This document shows positions 58,088 to 64,000 of a DNA stretch of 64,000 nt, piece after piece. The notes beneath the pieces are model-generated. The model was not told the origin of the DNA and did no database searches. It was given only the letters and a program-made list of their open reading frames with translations. Position 1 is the stretch's first letter. Each line of letters begins with the position of its first letter. A program made the position numbers and the translations under genes. The stretch is from Octopus vulgaris (lineage: Eukaryota), in assembly GCA_951406725.2 (NCBI GenBank), contig OX597836.1:11904001-11968000 (forward strand), written 5' to 3'.

Positions 58088-58300
58088 TTTGTGTGTCTGT
58101 GTTTCCCCCACCACCACCACCACCACCATCGCTTGACAACCGATGTTGGTGTGTCTACGTCCCCGTAACTTAGCGATTCGGCAAAAGAGACCGGTTAAAT
58201 AAGTACTAGGCTTGCAAAAAATAAGTCCTGGGATCGATTTGTTTGACTAAAGGAGATGCTACAGCATGACCGCAGCCAAATGACTGAAACAAGTTAAAAG
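58088..58300 (+). mobile_element. SINE family A 3' half
   Basis: GCTTGACAACCGATG...AAATGACTGAAACAAG. Confidence 0.88.
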
Positions 58301-58578
58301 CAAAATAGATACACACACACACATACACACACACATACACAAGCCACAAATAATGGTAATGACGTGTTTCTTTATTGTTGTAAATTTGACTTACAGCTGT
58401 TTCGATTAAACTTTTTAGGTTCGTTATTGTTAGGCTTACTCAATCGGCCCATTGATAGGATGAGAAAAATTGAACGACCTCAAGAATTAATCTCCTTCCG
58501 TTCTAAAGAGTTAACTCCCCTTTCGCCAAATGCTGCTTTCGTCAAAGACACTAATAACGTCTCTCCTCTCTAAGATCA

Positions 58579-59221
58579 ATGGGACTTGGAAAAAGGCTTT
58601 AACGAAAACTCTATCGTCATCAAGGCGGCGAGCTGGCAGAATCGTTAGCAAGCTGGGCGAAATGCTTAGCGGTATTTCGTCTGCCGTTACGTTCTGAGTT
58701 CAAATTCCGACCAGGTCGACTTTGCCTTTCAACCTTTCGGGGTCGATTAAATAAGTACCAGTGGGGTTGATGTGATCGACTTAATACCTATGTCTGTCCT
58801 TGTTTGTCCCCTCTATGTTTAGCCCCTTGTGGATAATAAAGAAATAGGTATTTCGTCTGCCGCTACGTTCTGAGTTCAAATTCCGACGAGGTCGACTTTG
58901 CCTTTCATCCTTTCGGGGTGGATTAAATAAGTACCAGTTACGCACTGGGGTCGATGTAATCAACTTAATCCCTTTGTTTGTCCTTGTTTGTCCCCTCTAT
59001 GTTTAGCCCCTTGTGGGCAATAAAGAAACGAAAACTCTATCGTCATCAAGGAAAGTGCTAAAGGCACCTCTCTTCATGTCATTGCGGAGAAGTTATGTTG
59101 TGATGTGGACACGGTTAGATGATTCCTTCGCCATGGAAAAAACGATCCGATTATGGGATTTCCAAGACTGCGACAGTTAGGGGTTTAAGGAATATTGGTC
59201 GCAGGTTACGTGGAAGACCTG
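58579..59221 (+). pseudogene. Decayed Tc1-like transposase N-terminus, split by SINE C
   Basis: After removing the SINE: MGLGK..NENSIVIKESAKGTSLHVIAEKLCCDVDTVR*FL..SPWKKRSDYGISKT.TVRGLRNIGRRLRGRP (HTH-like, frameshifted). Confidence 0.6.
58622..59026 (+). mobile_element. SINE family C dimer with long TSD
   Basis: AACGAAAACTCTATCGTCATC(AAGG) at 58601 and 59027. Confidence 0.92.
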
Positions 59222-59390
59222 AATGGAGAAAGCTGATTCGAAGACTGCAGATCCAAGCCATCACTGGAACTGTAAAAATCTGTAAGACTTTCCAGAAGTT
59301 TATCATTTAAGTATAGATAAGCATGTCTAGACATGCAACTGTATGCATGAGAAGGCATGTATCAAAGAAACCAGACAAATCTGAGCATAT
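59222..59390 (+). mobile_element. RLE-type LINE ORF C-terminus and 3' UTR running into (CATA)n
   Basis: KLIRRLQIQAITGTVKICKTFQKFII* resembles the R4/Dong Q....GT..I terminus. Confidence 0.55.
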
Positions 59391-59650
59391 ACATACATAA
59401 TACATACATACATACATATATACATACATACATACATACATGCATACATACACACACACACACACATACATACATACACACACACATACATACATAATAC
59501 ATACATACATACATATATACATACATACATACATACATGCATACATACACACACACATACATACATACATACATACATACATACATACATACATACATAC
59601 ATGCATACATACACACACATACATACATACACATACACACATACACACAT

Positions 59651-59681
<31 letters not shown>

Positions 59682-59768
59682 TATATACACACACACACAC
59701 ATACATACAGACAGACATGCATGCATGTATGCATGCAGACAGACAGACAGACAGACAGACAGATAGAC

Positions 59769-59835
<67 letters not shown>

Positions 59836-59836
<1 letters not shown>

Positions 59837-60125
59837 GTTTGTTCCTTCTCGAGCCATGCCTGGCTCATAAGGGCCGGTTTCCCGGTTTCCTTGGCGTATA
59901 GGTTCCCCACCTGGATGGGATGCCTGTCCGTCGCAAGTGAGCTACAAGATGCAGGAGGAAAGAGCGAGAGAAAATTGTGGCGAAAGAGTCAGCAGAAGTT
60001 CGCCATTACCTTCTGCCGGAGCCGCGTGGAGCTTAGGTGCTTCGCTCATAAACACACACATCGCCCGGTCTGAGATTCGAACCCGCGATCCCTCGACTGC
60101 TCTAACCACTAGGCCATGTGCCTCC
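59836..60125 (-). mobile_element. SINE with family B head and a different tail, within (GATA)n
   Basis: GGAGGCACATGGCCTAGTGG..GGTTCGAATC..CTAAGCTCCACG.GGCTCCGGCAG. Confidence 0.85.
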
Positions 60126-60128
60126 ACG

Positions 60129-60178
<50 letters not shown>

Positions 60179-60242
60179 CACACACATACACAGATCACCA
60201 TCATCACTACCATCACCACACACTTCGTTTTTGTTTTGGGCA

Positions 60243-60306
60243 GGCAAAGTTCTTGATGTGAGATCCTGTGTTGAAACAAACTTTGTTGTATCTCGGGAGA
60301 ACCATT
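60243..60306 (+). mobile_element. Diverged homolog of the right end of the 8161-8442 insertion
   Basis: TTGATGTG...TGTGTTGAAACA..TTGTTGTAT.TCGG matches the reverse complement of 8375-8430. Confidence 0.6.
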
Positions 60307-60544
60307 ACGCCAGCAATAACAGCGAACGCACAGGTTAAATTCCATTGTTAGCCAGTTGGTTAAATATTTAACCAACTAATCGATCGCTTGTTGAATGCGT
60401 TGGTTATACAATCAATCCGTTGTTTGTGAGTGAAAATTTTTTTCCCCGCCGTCACGACTTTTTCAATGACTTCGTGACTCCCCCTCTCGCTCGAGGGTCT
60501 CTCTCTCCCTCTCGCTCTGTCTCTTTCTCTCTCTCCCTCTCTCT

Positions 60545-60579
<35 letters not shown>

Positions 60580-61234
60580 AGGAGGGAATATTTCCGTATG
60601 TTATGAATGGAGGGAAATGCTATATTAAAGATGTGTCTATTTTTTCTATTAAAGAATTGCTTTATACAATATATATGTGTACTTTTTGTAAGCCCTTTAT
60701 GTTCAGCCTGGATCAATAACTTTCCTAAAGTCCATTAACGTTTCATTACCTCTTCAACCTCATTATCAGAATGAAATGTTAATAGCGGTGCGTTTATGAT
60801 GCGTTTTGTAGTAAGCAGCGAAGGATCATGAGATTGATGTTGCCACTAATAAAAAGAAAATCGTTGTCTGACATAAAACGAGGAAAGAAGAAGGAAATCC
60901 ATTGAAGACAGTGTTGCATAGTGTGTGCGTGTTCGAGTAGAAGAGCGTGAGAGAAAACGGAGAGAGGGAGAAAGAGAGAGGTGGAGAGAGATGGGGGAGG
61001 GGAATTGATTGAATGAGAGTATTTTTTTTATGTTCAATGAATGAATGAGGTGAAGAGAAGGGAAAGAAGCTTTTTTCTTTTCTTTTTTTCTTTTACCTGT
61101 GAACACCGTCTACGAACCGACGTAACCAGGTAACGAAAGCGTTTCACAAGCAACTTGAATGAATGAATGGATGTTGCTCTATGAATGACGGTCGTCAAAC
61201 TTGCTGCAAAGTACATAGACATACATACCTACAT

Positions 61235-61271
<37 letters not shown>

Positions 61272-61467
61272 CAGACAAGCAGACAGGCAGACAGACAGGC
61301 AGGCAGATGTCTATACATACATATATATATGGATGCGTAGTTACTTCTGGTAACTGTAATACTTAAGACTAAAAATGTGGCAGGGGTGGTAGTGGTAGTG
61401 GTAGTAGTAGAAATAGTTGTAGTTGTTATTGGTGTTGTTGTCGTGGTGGTGGTGGTGGTTATAGTAA

Positions 61468-61537
<70 letters not shown>

Positions 61538-61594
61538 GGTAGCGGTGGTGGTGGTGGTGGTGGCCGCGGCGGTGGCGGCAGCAGCGGCAGCAGC

Positions 61595-61643
<49 letters not shown>

Positions 61644-61914
61644 TTGGTAATAGTAATTGTGGTCCGTCTCATTTATCATATATTATTCATAACTGCTTTT
61701 TTTTCTTTTTCTTTTCTTTTTTTTCCCCAATGAAATCCGTTTATTTATTGTTTGTTTTTGTTTCTTTTCTCTCTTTTTCTTTTCTTTTCTTTTTTATGTT
61801 TGTTTTGACATAAACGGAATTTTATAGATTTTTTTTTCTCTCTTTTTCTTTTTACTCTATTTTTCTGCCTTTGAATTTTTTCTCAACCGACGTGGTCCTT
61901 TTATTATTTTTGTG

Positions 61915-61974
<60 letters not shown>

Positions 61975-62013
61975 TGTGTGTGCTTGTGTGTGTGTGCTTG
62001 TGTGTGTGTGTGC

Positions 62014-62056
<43 letters not shown>

Positions 62057-62102
62057 TATGTGTGTGCTTGTATGTGTGTGTGTGTGTGTGTTTGTGTGTG
62101 TT

Positions 62103-62137
<35 letters not shown>

Positions 62138-62482
62138 GTGTGCTTGTGTGTGTGTGCTTGTGTGTGTATGTGTGTGTGTGTGTGAGTGTGTGTGTGGATG
62201 TGTGGCATGACTGTATTTAAGAAGCTCCCTTCAGGCAAGTGTCTTCTATAATCAACGGGCCGACTTATTTGCCTTGCGAGTGAATTTGGTGGACGGAAAC
62301 TGTGCGGAATCTCGTCATAAGTGTGAGTATGTGTCTGTGTGGGTGGGTGCGGTGGGGGTGTTAGGCGCAGGCGTGACTGTGGCCAAGAAGCCGTCTCTGG
62401 GCAAACTGTTGTCTACAACAGCTTCGGGCCGACTTAATGCCTTGTTAATTATCTTTTTAGGCGGAAATTGTGAGGAAGCCCA

Positions 62483-62516
<34 letters not shown>

Positions 62517-62617
62517 GACGCAGGCCTCATTGTGGCTCTCTTTGCGCAAGTGTTTCCTACTAGAGCCTCTGACAGATTTAATGCCTTTAAATTTAAAATG
62601 AGGGTGAGAAATTAGAT

Positions 62618-62830
62618 ACTCTTTTACTTGTTTCAGTCATTTGACTGCGGCCATGCTGGAGCACCGCGTTTAGTCGAGCAACTCGACACCGGGACTTATT
62701 CTTTTTGTAAGCCCAGTACTTATTCTATCGGTCTCTTTTGCCGAACCGCTAAGTGACGGGGACATAAACACACCAGCATCGGTTGTCAAGCAATGCTAGG
62801 GGGACAAACACAGACACAAAAACACACACA

Positions 62831-62876
<46 letters not shown>

Positions 62877-63042
62877 TACGACGGGCTTCTTTTCAGTTTC
62901 CGTCTACCAAATCCACTCACAAGGCATTGGTCGGCCCGAGGTTATAGTAGAAGACACTTGTCCAAGGTGCCACGCAGTGGGACTGAACCCGGAACCATGT
63001 GGTTGGGAAGCAAGCTACTTACCACACAGCCACTCCTGCGCC
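62618..63042 (-). mobile_element. SINE family A, full length
   Basis: Matches 2893-3299. Confidence 0.93.
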
Positions 63043-63350
63043 TATTATTAATTTAATTAACATCGATTTCACACCAGTGGTCTAGCATATATAAAAAAAA
63101 GCTGAAGGCTCAGTAAAATTGTATTATATACATATTAGAGGGATCTACGGACATTTATGTAAGTGAAATTACGTAATATGTTAATAGTGAAGCATGTATG
63201 CGAATAATCCATATTTTTATTACTTTTTCTTTTGTCTTGCTCGATTACGTTTTGGTTGTTTTGCTAAATTTTTCTTGAGAACATTTCTTAGTGGTAAGAC
63301 CATAGCGGATCTATTCCTAGCATAAGGGTGTCCACATAGTGGTTTCTCTC

Positions 63351-63380
<30 letters not shown>

Positions 63381-63382
<2 letters not shown>

Positions 63383-63415
63383 TTCCGACGAAGAGCTCCG
63401 CTCGAAACGTTAAAC
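63381..63415 (+). ncRNA. Minimal hammerhead-like motif (U4C core)
   Basis: GTTT-CCGACGA-A-GAGC-tcc-GCTC-GAAA-CG-TT-AAAC. Confidence 0.65.
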
Positions 63416-63637
63416 CCTCTGAGCGTCCAATAATACTATATTTGTTCCACGTCCTCGCGTTGTGTTTTTTTTGTGCTTTCATGTTTGGGACAGCTGATGA
63501 AGGGGATTTTTCCTTGTGTAGTTTGTCTTGTACTCTGTTTTTTTCTTTGTAAAAAAAAGGTTCGTTCCATGCTTATTTTTACGTTTTCGTTCTCGTTGAG
63601 TTCTGCGTCTATTTGTGGTGTCCTGTACTCACGTATA

Positions 63638-64000
63638 TCTCTCTATATATAAACGGCAGTTTGTCTGTGCGTGTTTCTGTGTGTCTGTTTTCTCGTACCC
63701 TCACCCTGACCACGGCTTTCAACCGATTCTGATGAAACTTGACACACACACATAGCCCAATGTCATAATTCAAAACTAACGCAGCGAAAATTTTGAAAAG
63801 TTCCCCCAGTTCTGAAAAAATCGATAAATTCGACATGGGGTCGAGAATAAAAAAAAACAAACCACAGACTGTCTAGGGGACGCAACTCAACCTTTTTTTA
63901 CTCTCAAAAAAAAATTTACGATCATTTTTTTTCCATTTTTTTGCTATTTTTTGGCTATAACTCTCTAAAGATGCTTTATAGTTATTTCCCTTACAAACCT
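63638..64000 (+). mobile_element. Non-autonomous Helitron-like element, 5' part
   Basis: TCTATATATAAA start, TGTCTGT.. tract, AACCGATTCTGATGAAACTTG motif typical of invertebrate non-autonomous Helitrons. Confidence 0.7.

Overview
Repeat-saturated eukaryotic (animal) intergenic or intronic DNA. The SINE types and microsatellite density suggest an octopus or other cephalopod genome (inference from recalled repeat families). No intact host gene is visible, and almost all ORF-track entries are translated microsatellites. Content: very long (CATA)n, (TA)n, (TAA)n, (CA)n and (GATA)n tracts; a degenerate interstitial (TTAGGG)n array; about 25 copies or fragments of several modular tRNA-derived SINEs; fragments of Dong/R4-type, CR1-type and RTE-type LINEs; Tc1/mariner, MITE and Helitron pieces. 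The most notable signal is a dispersed set of about 9 type-I hammerhead-ribozyme-like motifs with palindromic helix III. One is fully canonical (38676-38768) and lies directly after an uninterrupted Penelope-like GIY-YIG C-terminus that the ORF track misses. The others carry recurrent core variants, mostly in short non-coding, often (TA)n-abutting elements. Also notable: a ~550-bp non-coding element inserted three times into (TAA)n, SINE concatemers sharing one junction at three loci, and young satellites built from transposon junctions.
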